Shown: positions 1 through 8,870, numbered from the stretch's first letter. The stretch: 46,380 nt of DNA from an uncultured bacterium (GCA_964549305.1 CAZJVM010000018.1:1-46380); one strand, 5' to 3'. The notes: a model not told the origin generated them from the sequence alone. Translations and numbers: made by a program.

Positions 1-715
1 ATTTAAAAGCGAATATAACGGCTATAATTCCAAGAAAAACAGCGCCACCTTTCCAGCTCGCGGCAAAATCACTCATACCTATTACTATTTGAGTAGGTGC
101 GGGCAGTTCGGCGCCGAAATCGGCAAACATCTGCGCAAATGTGGGAATAACGAAGATAAGAAGTGCTGCCACTACCACGAAGGCAATTGACATAATTGCT
201 ATAGGGTAGACACTCGCTTTTTTCACCTTGGCTTTGAGCGCCTGAGCTTTTTCGATATATGCCGCGAGTCTTTTTAAGACATTATCCAATATACCTCCCG
301 TTTCTCCGGCTTCAATCATATTTGCAAAGAGATTATCAAAGGTTTTAGGATGTTTTCTCAGGGCGTCGGCAAATGTGGATCCCGATTCCACATCGTCTTT
401 TACAACGGCAAGAATATCCCTGAGCGGTTTTTTTTCCGATTGTGTCGCGAGTATTTCCAGACACTGCACGAGAGGGAGTCCCGCTTCTATCATAGTGGCA
501 AACTGGCGGGTAAAGATAACGATGTCTTTATCAACAATTTTTTCGCCGAGTCCCGGAATCTGTATGTTAATTGCGGCGGCTTTCTTTTTTATGGATGTTA
601 CAATGAGCTTTTGTGTGCGGAGTATTTTTTTGGCTTCATCGAGTGTTGCCGCTTCGATTTCACCCTTTCTTATTTCACTCCCCAGTGTTTTAGCTTCATA
701 AACAAATGCGGCCAT
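1..715 (-). CDS. pilC: Type IV pilus inner-membrane platform protein PilC (T2SS F family); 3' end runs off the window
   Basis: Not in the ORF track. Translated from ATG at 715: MAAFVYEAKTLGSEIRKGEIEA...IFTRQFATMIEAGLPLVQCL...SGSTFADALRKHP...AGETGGILDNVL...VIPTFAQMF. GGGAGG SD upstream; follows pilB. Confidence 0.95.
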   Translation of the reverse strand, partial: MAAFVYEAKTLGSEIRKGEIEAATLDEAKKILRTQKLIVTSIKKKAAAINIQIPGLGEKIVDKDIVIFTRQFATMIEAGLPLVQCLEILATQSEKKPLRDILAVVKDDVESGSTFADALRKHPKTFDNLFANMIEAGETGGILDNVLKRLAAYIEKAQALKAKVKKASVYPIAIMSIAFVVVAALLIFVIPTFAQMFADFGAELPAPTQIVIGMSDFAASWKGGAVFLGIIAVIFAFK

Positions 716-780
716 TGTTTAAATCCTCCCCTTGTATACTTATATATTACTGAAATTTTAAGGCGGGAGTAAAGTTAAAA

Positions 781-2577
781 TTAATCAGGCACAGTAACGC
801 GGACAATTTCCTCGGGGGTGGCCACTCCGTCCTTAATTTTATTTAATCCACTTCTTCTCAGAGTCTGCATTCCGTCTTCTATTGCCTGCTTCTTTAATTC
901 AGGTGTTTGGGCGCCCTGGAGAATGAGTTCTCTTATCGCCTTTGAAAATGGCATCACTTCATATAGGGCGACTCTGCCTTTATATCCCGTATTTCCGCAG
1001 ACAGGACAACCTTTCCCCTGGTGAACTTCTATTCCCTGCTCGATTTCTTCTTCTGTAAACTGAATTCCGAGGAGCGCTTCCTTTGTGCTTTCAACGGGTT
1101 CGCTGCACTCGGAACAAATTTTTCTTGCAAGTCTCTGGGCAACTATTAAATTTACGGCAGATGAAACAAGGAAGGGCTCCACTCCCATATTGAGCATTCT
1201 GTTTACTGTTTCAGGGGCATTGTTCGTATGCAGGGTGCTGAGTACGAGATGGCCTGTCAAAGCGGCTTTAATTCCGATTTCAGCCGTTTCATAGTCTCTG
1301 ATTTCACCTACGAGTATAATGTCTGGGTCCTGTCGTAAGAATGAACGAAGCGCCGCGGCAAAATTGAGACCGATGTCTTCGTGCATCTGCACCTGATTGA
1401 CTCCCATAAGGTTAAATTCCACAGGATCTTCGGCAGTCATTATATTTTCCGTGATTTTATTGAGTTCACTTATCGCAGAATAAAGAGTGGTTGTTTTACC
1501 GCTTCCCGTGGGTCCTGTTACAAGGACCATTCCGAAAGGCATATGAATAGCTTCCTTGAAGGCCGCAAGAGGGTTTTCATCAAAACCAAGTTTGGTCATA
1601 TCAAGCTGAAGGTTTGATTTGTCAAGAAGTCTCATTACAACTTTTTCACCAAAGAGTGTGGGAAGTATGGAAACCCTGAAGTCCATTTCCCTTTTTGCTC
1701 CAAGCTTCAATTTTATTCTGCCATCCTGAGGGAGTCTTTTCTCCGCGATGTCAAGTCTGGACATAACCTTAATTCTTGAAACAAGCGCGTTTTTTATTTT
1801 TATGGGAAGCTCCATCGTTTTATGAAGCACTCCGTCCATTCTGTATCTGACTCTGAAATTCTTTTCATAGGGTTCGATATGTATGTCAGAAACCTTCGTT
1901 TTGATTGCTTTAAGCAGTATTCCGTTAACAAGTCTTACGACAGGCGCTTCTACTTCCCCGAAGGCGTCATCACCGGAATCTTCTTCCACAACTTCAACTG
2001 CATCAGCCGCGCCCGAAACAAGTTTGTCAAGTTCACCGATTTCAAACTGAGCCTCTTCTTCGTCATCATCCATCATTGGGCCTATGCCCACATCCTCTTC
2101 AAGTTCGATATCCTTGTCGTCAATGAGCATGTTTACCGGTTCTGAGCCGTTGCCGCCTTTTTTATAGAATTCTTCAATGGCTTTCTTTATTTCGCTTTCG
2201 GGAGCGACAACAGGCTCTACATTGTATCCTGTCATAAACTTGATATCGTCGATTGCAAATACATTGGAGGGGTCGACCATAGCAACGGTGATTGTGGAAC
2301 CGATTCGGCTGATGGGGATTATTTCATACTTTTTGGCTGTTTTGGGAGGAATAAGTTTGCAGGCGGAAGCATCAATTTCAAAATCTTCAAGATTAATCGA
2401 GGGCACACCGTATTGCTGACTGAGAAAAGACGTTATGGTGTCTTCCGTCAAAGCGCCTGATTTTACGAGAACAGTGCCTATACGCTCCCTTGATGTCTTC
2501 TGAGTTTTCAGCGCTTCAATGAGCTGTTCTTTGTTTATTATACCCGCATCGATTAGAAGCTGTCCGAGTTTTGCCAT
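781..2577 (-). CDS. pilB: Type IV-A pilus assembly ATPase PilB with N-terminal MshEN domain
   Basis: Walker A GPTGSGKTT, AEDPVE, LRQDPDIILVGEIRD, TGHLVLSTLH, tetracysteine CSEC/CPVC, and N-terminal KLGQLLIDAGII / RIGTVLVKSGAL repeats. Confidence 0.96.
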   Translation of the reverse strand: MAKLGQLLIDAGIINKEQLIEALKTQKTSRERIGTVLVKSGALTEDTITSFLSQQYGVPSINLEDFEIDASACKLIPPKTAKKYEIIPISRIGSTITVAMVDPSNVFAIDDIKFMTGYNVEPVVAPESEIKKAIEEFYKKGGNGSEPVNMLIDDKDIELEEDVGIGPMMDDDEEEAQFEIGELDKLVSGAADAVEVVEEDSGDDAFGEVEAPVVRLVNGILLKAIKTKVSDIHIEPYEKNFRVRYRMDGVLHKTMELPIKIKNALVSRIKVMSRLDIAEKRLPQDGRIKLKLGAKREMDFRVSILPTLFGEKVVMRLLDKSNLQLDMTKLGFDENPLAAFKEAIHMPFGMVLVTGPTGSGKTTTLYSAISELNKITENIMTAEDPVEFNLMGVNQVQMHEDIGLNFAAALRSFLRQDPDIILVGEIRDYETAEIGIKAALTGHLVLSTLHTNNAPETVNRMLNMGVEPFLVSSAVNLIVAQRLARKICSECSEPVESTKEALLGIQFTEEEIEQGIEVHQGKGCPVCGNTGYKGRVALYEVMPFSKAIRELILQGAQTPELKKQAIEDGMQTLRRSGLNKIKDGVATPEEIVRVTVPD

Positions 2578-2649
2578 GTGCCCTGCCTCTACCTCATTGT
2601 TTCTAATGAAATGTCTATCATATTTCGACCTGTTAAACCATTTATTTAA

Positions 2650-2663
2650 TTGAATTTATTCAA
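2650..2663. promoter_or_regulatory. Palindrome TTGAAT-TT-ATTCAA upstream of pilB, candidate transcription-factor site
   Basis: Perfect 6-bp inverted repeat next to a minus-strand TTGACA at 2667-2672. Confidence 0.3.
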
Positions 2664-2782
2664 AATTGTCAATAAGTCGAATGATTCCTTACAAGAAATA
2701 ATAATGGAAAAATTCAGAAAATAAAGTGAAATACACCTGCTGTCTATCGATTTTTTTATAAACTTAATTATTTTGTATTCTA

Positions 2783-4312
2783 TTATTTTTTTAGAACTCT
2801 TTTAAGAAGTTTTCCCGTTGGTCCTTTTGGTATGTTTTCAACAATCTCTATTTCGCGGGGACATCTGAAATTATCTATCTTGTTTTTTAATATTTCCAAT
2901 ATCTTTTCCGGGTTGAGATTGCTTCCATTTTCAAGTTTTACGAATGATTTTATATTTTCGCCGTACTTATTATCTGGCACGCCTATCGTTGCCGCTTCCG
3001 CAATTCCACCGATTCCATAAAGCGCTTCGTCGATTTCACGCGGATATATGTTCTCGCCACCCTTTATGATGAGGTCATCCTTTCTGTCAACGATGTAGTA
3101 AAAGCCGTCGGAGTCTTTCCAACCGATATCGCCCGTATGAAGCCATCCTTTTTTCAATGTTTTTGACGTGGTTTCAGGGTCTTTAAAATACCCTTTCATT
3201 ATATTTTTTCCTCTAATGATTATTTCGCCTTTTTCATTGCTGCCGAGACTATTCCCTTTCCCATCGATAATCTTTATTTCGTTTGACAGAGGCAATCCCG
3301 CAGAACCGGATTTTTTTTTGCTGTCTACAGGATTGAAAGTTGAACGGCAAGTTGATTCCGTAAGACCGTATCCTTCGATTACCGGGGCATTGAAATTCTT
3401 CTCAAAATTCCGGATTACCTCCACGGGCACGGGAGCGGAACCGCAAAGGGCATACTTAAGGGATGAAATGTCGTAATTAAAATCCTTTTCTCTGAAGTTT
3501 CGGTTAAGTATGTTGAGCATTGTTGCCACGGAACCAAACGTGGAAATTTTAAATTTCGATACATCACTCCAGAAGTCTGAAGCGCTGAATTTTTCTTTCA
3601 GGACAAGGCTTCCGCCAATGAAAAAGGGAACAATTAGCGTAATCATAATGCCGTTCAGGTGAAAGTAGGGCATGATGCACATGAGCCGGTCATTTTCGGA
3701 AAGTTTGAGCCATGAGCTGATATCCTTCGCGTTTGCACTCAGGTTTCCGTGGGTAAGCATAACGCCTTTCGGCCTGCCCGTAGTGCCTGATGTATAAATT
3801 AGTATTGCCGTATCGTCGGCGGTGAGTCTTTCAACTGAAACTTCATCAGGAAAGACGGATTCCTCTTCATTTATATTTTGGTATTTCCTGTGACTGTCTG
3901 AAAAAAAAATTTTTTTTGCTCCGTTCCTGTATGAGGATGAAATTTCTTTGAGCTTTGCGGAAAAATCCTTTGAGGTAATCAAAATCTTTCCTTCGGAGTG
4001 ATTGAGAATATAACTTACTGCATCGGGTTTAAGCCCGCTATTTATGGGGTTTGCCACAGCGCCCAGGGTCAACGAGGCAAGGAAGGAAATTATAAAATCC
4101 GGGCAGTTAGGAAGGAGAATGTTCACGCAGTCCCCTTTTCCTATCCCCTGACTCTTCAAAAAAGCGGCTCTTTTTTTTATTTTTTTTTCAAGTTCGCGGT
4201 AGCTGAAGCTTGTTTGATTATGAGGGAAGAAAAGAAAATCCTTATTGTTATGCTTTAAAGAGCTCTTAAAGAAAAAAGATGCGACATTTGCATTGTCCGT
4301 TTCTTTTTCCAC
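2783..4312 (-). CDS. AMP-dependent (long-chain) acyl-CoA ligase
   Basis: YTSGTTGRPKG, EGYGLTE, WLHTGDIG, DRKDDLIIKGGENIYP, PKGPTGKL; GTG start. Confidence 0.93.
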   Translation of the reverse strand: MEKETDNANVASFFFKSSLKHNNKDFLFFPHNQTSFSYRELEKKIKKRAAFLKSQGIGKGDCVNILLPNCPDFIISFLASLTLGAVANPINSGLKPDAVSYILNHSEGKILITSKDFSAKLKEISSSYRNGAKKIFFSDSHRKYQNINEEESVFPDEVSVERLTADDTAILIYTSGTTGRPKGVMLTHGNLSANAKDISSWLKLSENDRLMCIMPYFHLNGIMITLIVPFFIGGSLVLKEKFSASDFWSDVSKFKISTFGSVATMLNILNRNFREKDFNYDISSLKYALCGSAPVPVEVIRNFEKNFNAPVIEGYGLTESTCRSTFNPVDSKKKSGSAGLPLSNEIKIIDGKGNSLGSNEKGEIIIRGKNIMKGYFKDPETTSKTLKKGWLHTGDIGWKDSDGFYYIVDRKDDLIIKGGENIYPREIDEALYGIGGIAEAATIGVPDNKYGENIKSFVKLENGSNLNPEKILEILKNKIDNFRCPREIEIVENIPKGPTGKLLKRVLKK

Positions 4313-4401
4313 TTTAACCTAATATTTCCTTTCAAGTTTGTGTTCGAAACTAACACAGGGGAGGGAAAAAGTAAAAAAGAGAGAGACCGGTAAAAAGAAT
4401 T

Positions 4402-4429
4402 TTGAAGATTGCGAAAATGAGAATACAAT
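4402..4429 (+). promoter_or_regulatory. Candidate sigma70 promoter for the MBL hydrolase
   Basis: TTGAAG-N16-TACAAT, about 30 nt upstream of ATG 4460. Confidence 0.3.
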
Positions 4430-4459
4430 AGAAAAAAAATTTTAAAGGGAATATTTTTT

Positions 4460-5236
4460 ATGAAAGTGTCGGTATTGGGAAGCGGAAGCAGTGGGAACTG
4501 CATATATGTGGAAAACAATGACAGAGGTTTTCTAATAGACGCGGGGCTTAGCGGAAGAGAAACGGAGAAGCGCCTTTCCAATATAGGTAAAAGTGTCCAA
4601 AGCGTCGATGCGATAATTATTACCCATGACCATAGCGACCATACCAAGGGCGCGGGAATTTTGAGCAGGCGGCACGCCATTCCGATAATTATCGAAAAAG
4701 AATCCTATAATGCGGCGAGAAACATTTTAGGTGAAGTGTCAGATGTTGAATATTTTACTCCTCATTCGGTTTTTGAAATTAACGGACTTGGTATTGAAGC
4801 AATACGAAGCGATCACGATTCTGCCTCATCGGTTTGCCTTTTTATCAGAAATGAAAAGAAAAATCTTGGAGTCTTTACTGATTTGGGAAGAATAAACGAC
4901 TCTATTAAAGATATATTTCCCTTTCTCGATGCGGCGGTGCTCGAGTTCAACCATGATATAGATATGCTTGAAAATGGCCCCTATCCGCAATATTTAAAAG
5001 AAAGAATTCGGGGAAGATACGGGCACTTGTCAAATAACGATGCGTCTGCATTTGTGAAAAGATATATGGGCAAACAACTGAAAACACTTTTTCTTGCCCA
5101 TTTGAGCGACCATAACAACACAGCTTCCATTGCAAGGGAAACCCTGTACAATACCATGAAAGGGTACAGAAAATTTGATGAAGTAAATGTAATTCTGACT
5201 TCCCGAAAAGCTCCTACTCCCTTGATATCTCTCTGA
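4460..5236 (+). CDS. MBL-fold metallo-hydrolase (YycJ/WalJ-like)
   Basis: LGSGSSGN, THDHSDH (HxHxDH), LEFNHD, YP..LK.RI...GHLSN, LAHLSDHNN. Confidence 0.92.
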   Translation: MKVSVLGSGSSGNCIYVENNDRGFLIDAGLSGRETEKRLSNIGKSVQSVDAIIITHDHSDHTKGAGILSRRHAIPIIIEKESYNAARNILGEVSDVEYFTPHSVFEINGLGIEAIRSDHDSASSVCLFIRNEKKNLGVFTDLGRINDSIKDIFPFLDAAVLEFNHDIDMLENGPYPQYLKERIRGRYGHLSNNDASAFVKRYMGKQLKTLFLAHLSDHNNTASIARETLYNTMKGYRKFDEVNVILTSRKAPTPLISL

Positions 5237-5354
5237 TTTTCTGTATCATCCATTATTGTCCTGTTTATTCTTTAAAAACAGTATTTGTATTTGATAATTT
5301 TTTTTAATCTGATAAGTATAAAGCTTTGTGTGTATGAGGAGGAAACAGCTGAAT

Positions 5355-5684
5355 ATGAAATTATTTTCGATTAAAGGGGTTCTTTTTCTTTTATTGTTTT
5401 TCCTTTTGGTTTCGGGGTGTAGCAGACCTCCGGAAGATAAAATTTTTAAAGATTTCACAACTATCGAAAAAATAAATCCCGAAACCGGGCAACCTCGCGC
5501 GGAGTGGGAGCAGTCAAAGGCGGCAGGTTACGAAGTTAAGAGAATTTACAATGAAAAGGACAGAACAATCGTTGTTCTAAAACTAAACAAAGCATATTAC
5601 GGCAGAGGGACAGTGCTTATGTTTTATAGAAAACTCCCTGACGGCAAATGGCAATGGAAAGGCTGGAATATAAAGAAGGAGTAA
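5355..5684 (+). CDS. Small putative lipoprotein, function unknown
   Basis: GAGGAGG SD then ATG 5355; MKLFSIKGVLFLLLFFLLVSG-C signal peptide with lipobox. The track's GTG start at 5328 is probably too long. Confidence 0.75.
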   Translation: MKLFSIKGVLFLLLFFLLVSGCSRPPEDKIFKDFTTIEKINPETGQPRAEWEQSKAAGYEVKRIYNEKDRTIVVLKLNKAYYGRGTVLMFYRKLPDGKWQWKGWNIKKE

Positions 5685-5713
5685 CTCTTTTTCTTCTATT
5701 TTAAGGACATGCA

Positions 5714-6028
5714 ATGGGATATCAGTTTTACAATTCCGACGCGGCTATTCAATGTACGCGATGCGGTAATACACTTATTGTAAGGGACGGTAAAGGGAGG
5801 GAGTCATCCCTCTACTGTTTTAAATGCGGATATCGTCTCTATTACTATACCGTTGTAAGGGAAATGGAAAAAAGAGGAATAAAAATAATTACCTGTCTTA
5901 ACTGCAATATTGATTTTGTGGCATCCAATAAAGGCGCGTTCTACTGCCCTAACTGCAAAAGCGAGAACTTGAAGGAAGATGAAGAAAACGAAGTCGATTT
6001 TAAAACAGATGAAGGGAAGAGAAAATGA
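5714..6028 (+). CDS. Small double zinc-ribbon protein with acidic tail
   Basis: Four CxxC pairs (CTRC, CFKC, CLNC, CPNC); AAGGA SD; ATGA overlap with the next gene. Confidence 0.8.
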   Translation: MGYQFYNSDAAIQCTRCGNTLIVRDGKGRESSLYCFKCGYRLYYYTVVREMEKRGIKIITCLNCNIDFVASNKGAFYCPNCKSENLKEDEENEVDFKTDEGKRK

Positions 6029-6960
6029 TTATCGATGTCCATACGCACCTAAATACCAAAGAATGGCTTCCCGACCGCTTTCTGCTTGGCGTGGGAAACC
6101 TGATGTCTATGGCAATGAAGAAACAGGGGATGGAAATAACCCCCGAGATGGCAAGAGATGAAGTCCTCTCACAGGGATATGACCCCGAAGGACTGCAACT
6201 TCTCGAAGAAATGGATGACGCGGGAATTGATAAAAGCGTTATTCTTGTCCTTGACCTTGGAGTAGGACTTGGAGAACCGGAGAAACCCATTGAGGAGATA
6301 AATAAATCATTCGCGGATATTGCAAAAAATAATAAGGGCAGGTTGATTGCCTTTGCCGGTATAGACCCCCGAAGGGAAAATTCTCCGGAGCTTTTTGAAA
6401 AAATGATTAACGAATGGGGAATGAAGGGACTTAAAATTCATCCCACTGCCGGATTCTATCCCGATTCCGATGAATGCTACGCTCTCTTTGAAGTTGCGCA
6501 GCAATATAATGTCCCTGTGCTCACTCATTCAGGCACGATGTTTCCTCCTCTTAAAGGCAAGTATGCAAGACCCTTGCATCTCGATGATGTGACCGTTGAT
6601 TTTCCCCGTTTGAATATTATCGCCGCGCACCTCGGAGGACCGTGGCGCGATGAATTGCTTTCTCTTATGCGTACCCGGGACAATCTTTTTACCGATATTT
6701 CCTCCTATCAGTTCGGATATCATCAGTCGCCTGAAAAATTTCGCGCAATGTTAAGAGAGGCAATAAACCTTGGAGGAGACGATAAGATTCTTTTTGCAAC
6801 GGATTTTCCTTCCGCGCGCTCTGCTATGTCAAACGGGGAGTGGGTTGAAATTATAAAAAATCTTCCCGAAGGAAACGGAAAGGGTGTCGACTTTTCCCGG
6901 GAGGAAGTGGAAAAAATTCTCGGTAAAAACGCGGAAACCATTATTAAGGTTCATGAATGA
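6025..6960 (+). CDS. Amidohydrolase family protein (Amidohydro_2-type TIM barrel)
   Basis: IIDVHTH, GLKIHP, VLTHSG, IIAAHLG, ILFATDFP. Confidence 0.92.
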   Translation: MIIDVHTHLNTKEWLPDRFLLGVGNLMSMAMKKQGMEITPEMARDEVLSQGYDPEGLQLLEEMDDAGIDKSVILVLDLGVGLGEPEKPIEEINKSFADIAKNNKGRLIAFAGIDPRRENSPELFEKMINEWGMKGLKIHPTAGFYPDSDECYALFEVAQQYNVPVLTHSGTMFPPLKGKYARPLHLDDVTVDFPRLNIIAAHLGGPWRDELLSLMRTRDNLFTDISSYQFGYHQSPEKFRAMLREAINLGGDDKILFATDFPSARSAMSNGEWVEIIKNLPEGNGKGVDFSREEVEKILGKNAETIIKVHE

Positions 6961-7870
6961 CAATAATATAAAATTCATTGACTTTACTTCTGATTTTGAC
7001 AATTTCCTTTTTAATCGGGCTAAAGACTATTCCCTGTCAAGTCTTGAAAAATATTACATTTCTCCTTTTTTCCCTTATCTTAACCTCCTGAAAGAAGCGG
7101 GAGGTTTGTGGAATGATGATAATCTTCGCTTAGAGCGAGTCCTTCGGGATATTGATTATTACAAAAGTGTGACAAGAAAGAGAAAGTCCTGGAGTCTGAG
7201 TGAGGCAATCGGAGAAATTCACACAAAAGCCGAAGAAATTCTTTGCCGGAATATAAACTGCCGTGTCGTGTTTTTTTATACTCTTGGGTGTTCAAGTGAC
7301 GGCATAACCGTTTATTCGCAGGGGACTCCCGTGGTCTTTATAGGAGTGGATTATCCCGGCGCCGATATTGAATATATACAGTTGATTGCCGGACACGAAT
7401 TGTCTCATGTTGCGCGTGATACCATTCCCGGACTTATGGAAGCATACGGTGCCCATATAAAAATGAGCCAAAAAGAAATTCTTTCCCTTACTCCCTTTAA
7501 GGAGCATTTTATAGGCGAGGGACTTGCAACACTTTTTTCCAGCTTGCTTCTTCCGGGAAAGAGGCGCCGGGATTATCTTTTTTATGGTGATGAAGCTTAT
7601 AAGTGGTGCTTTGAAAATTTCAAAATCATTGAAGAGAAGATACTTGATTCGGCGCAGAGCAGAGGGAATCTTGGAAGGTTTTACAGAAAAGACGCCTTAT
7701 GCAAAGGGTCTGTGGGAAGGGAAGACTATTTTTTCGGATTTCATATTGTTTCCGAACTGATTAAAAAACGTTCATTCAAAGAACTTATCAAAATGAGCGC
7801 GGACGAGATTTTAGAGCTCTACTTTTCAAAAAAAGCAGGCGGAAGTATTGAGGGGTCGAGTTTTTCATAA
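6953..7870 (+). CDS. Putative Zn-dependent peptidase (gluzincin, DUF2268-like)
   Basis: GHELSH (HExxH) with downstream FIGEGLA third-ligand Glu; likely ATG at 6953 overlapping the amidohydrolase stop. Confidence 0.75.
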   Translation: MNDNNIKFIDFTSDFDNFLFNRAKDYSLSSLEKYYISPFFPYLNLLKEAGGLWNDDNLRLERVLRDIDYYKSVTRKRKSWSLSEAIGEIHTKAEEILCRNINCRVVFFYTLGCSSDGITVYSQGTPVVFIGVDYPGADIEYIQLIAGHELSHVARDTIPGLMEAYGAHIKMSQKEILSLTPFKEHFIGEGLATLFSSLLLPGKRRRDYLFYGDEAYKWCFENFKIIEEKILDSAQSRGNLGRFYRKDALCKGSVGREDYFFGFHIVSELIKKRSFKELIKMSADEILELYFSKKAGGSIEGSSFS

Positions 7871-8718
7871 AGGTTGGAAATTCCCGAAGCTGTTTTTCTG
7901 ATGGTTTTGATAGTTTCTTTTTTAAGGAAAATTTTTGTAATGGCGATTTTGTCGCGTGTCAGATTCAGTTTAAGTTCATCGTTTATATTGTCGTCGCACC
8001 ATATTTTGCCTTCCCACGAGGTTTCAAGCACATCGAGTATATCAAAACTTTCTCTTTCTAACTTTTGTTCCCCTCCCTCTTCGATTGCGGCGATATATCT
8101 CCATTTAGATTCATAGGATGGAGTAAGGTCTCCGCTCAAACAGAGAAAGAATCCTCCAAGAGTGTTTATTCTCACCGAAAAGATATAATCGTTGATTTTT
8201 GAGTCTATAAATTGCTGGCAGATATAGTTTTCTTTTGCCGGTCCCGCGTCCATATTATTCTCAATGACTCTAAATCCCTTACTCCATCTTCCGCAACGCC
8301 TCTTCAGTGCTATTTTCCCGAACTTCTCCTTAAATTTGTCAATTTGCCCGTGACTGCCCGTAAAGATTTCGGTGTATGGAAGCGGAAAATCATTTTTCAG
8401 CAGGTTGTATTGATTCCACTTGTCTTCGAGTCTGAAGAGAGGAAACAGTTTTTCGGGAAGTTTATCTGTTTTATCCATCCACATCTTAAACTTCCTGTGT
8501 GAATCAAACTCCGGATTACCCCTTATATAATCCCTGAAGCTTTTACCGTAACACTCCTCGCAGATCTTTTCTATATAATCAAAAATCGCGGTTTTTTTTC
8601 TATAAATATAGCGGTCTATGAGTTCGTGTTCGAAAATTCCTCCGGGAAGTCCTATATTGACTTCGGAAACAAAAGGGATTCCCTGCGCATTGATCAGGAA
8701 GTCAATTCCGAGAAACAC
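7819..8718 (-). CDS. Putative circularly permuted ATP-grasp ligase
   Basis: GAGGTG SD + GTG start with an in-frame TAA just before it. N-terminal GIDFL...VSEVN..LPGG, then EDKW...FPLPYT, IALKRRCGRWSKGFRVI, YICQQFI, SVRINTLGG. Confidence 0.7.
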   Translation of the reverse strand: MFLGIDFLINAQGIPFVSEVNIGLPGGIFEHELIDRYIYRKKTAIFDYIEKICEECYGKSFRDYIRGNPEFDSHRKFKMWMDKTDKLPEKLFPLFRLEDKWNQYNLLKNDFPLPYTEIFTGSHGQIDKFKEKFGKIALKRRCGRWSKGFRVIENNMDAGPAKENYICQQFIDSKINDYIFSVRINTLGGFFLCLSGDLTPSYESKWRYIAAIEEGGEQKLERESFDILDVLETSWEGKIWCDDNINDELKLNLTRDKIAITKIFLKKETIKTIRKTASGISNLYEKLDPSILPPAFFEK

Positions 8719-8870
8719 TTAAACACCTCATGGGTAAAAAATTCTTTAGTCAAAATGTATTCTCCGTAAGAATGCAATTGACAATATACAAAAATTATAA
8801 AGACTATTTAGTTTAATCAGCTGAATTTGTAAATGTTATGATTAGAAAGACATAATTAAAAACAGAAACA

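Noticed and set aside
350-772. 140-aa and 108-aa plus-strand ORFs
   Set aside because: Antisense shadows of pilC, which the track missed because it runs off the window edge.
3901-4188. A9T8 and T8-A-T9 homopolymer runs in the CoA ligase as phase-variation sites
   Set aside because: The reading frame is intact, and such runs are frequent in this AT-rich, Lys/Phe-rich sequence.
4255-4680. 141-aa minus-strand ORF spanning the CoA ligase/MBL gap
   Set aside because: Overlaps two well-supported genes and has no recognisable features.
5714-6028. Calling the Zn-ribbon protein LysW
   Set aside because: No C-terminal EDWGE, two ribbons rather than one, and no lysZ/lysY/lysJ/lysK genes nearby.
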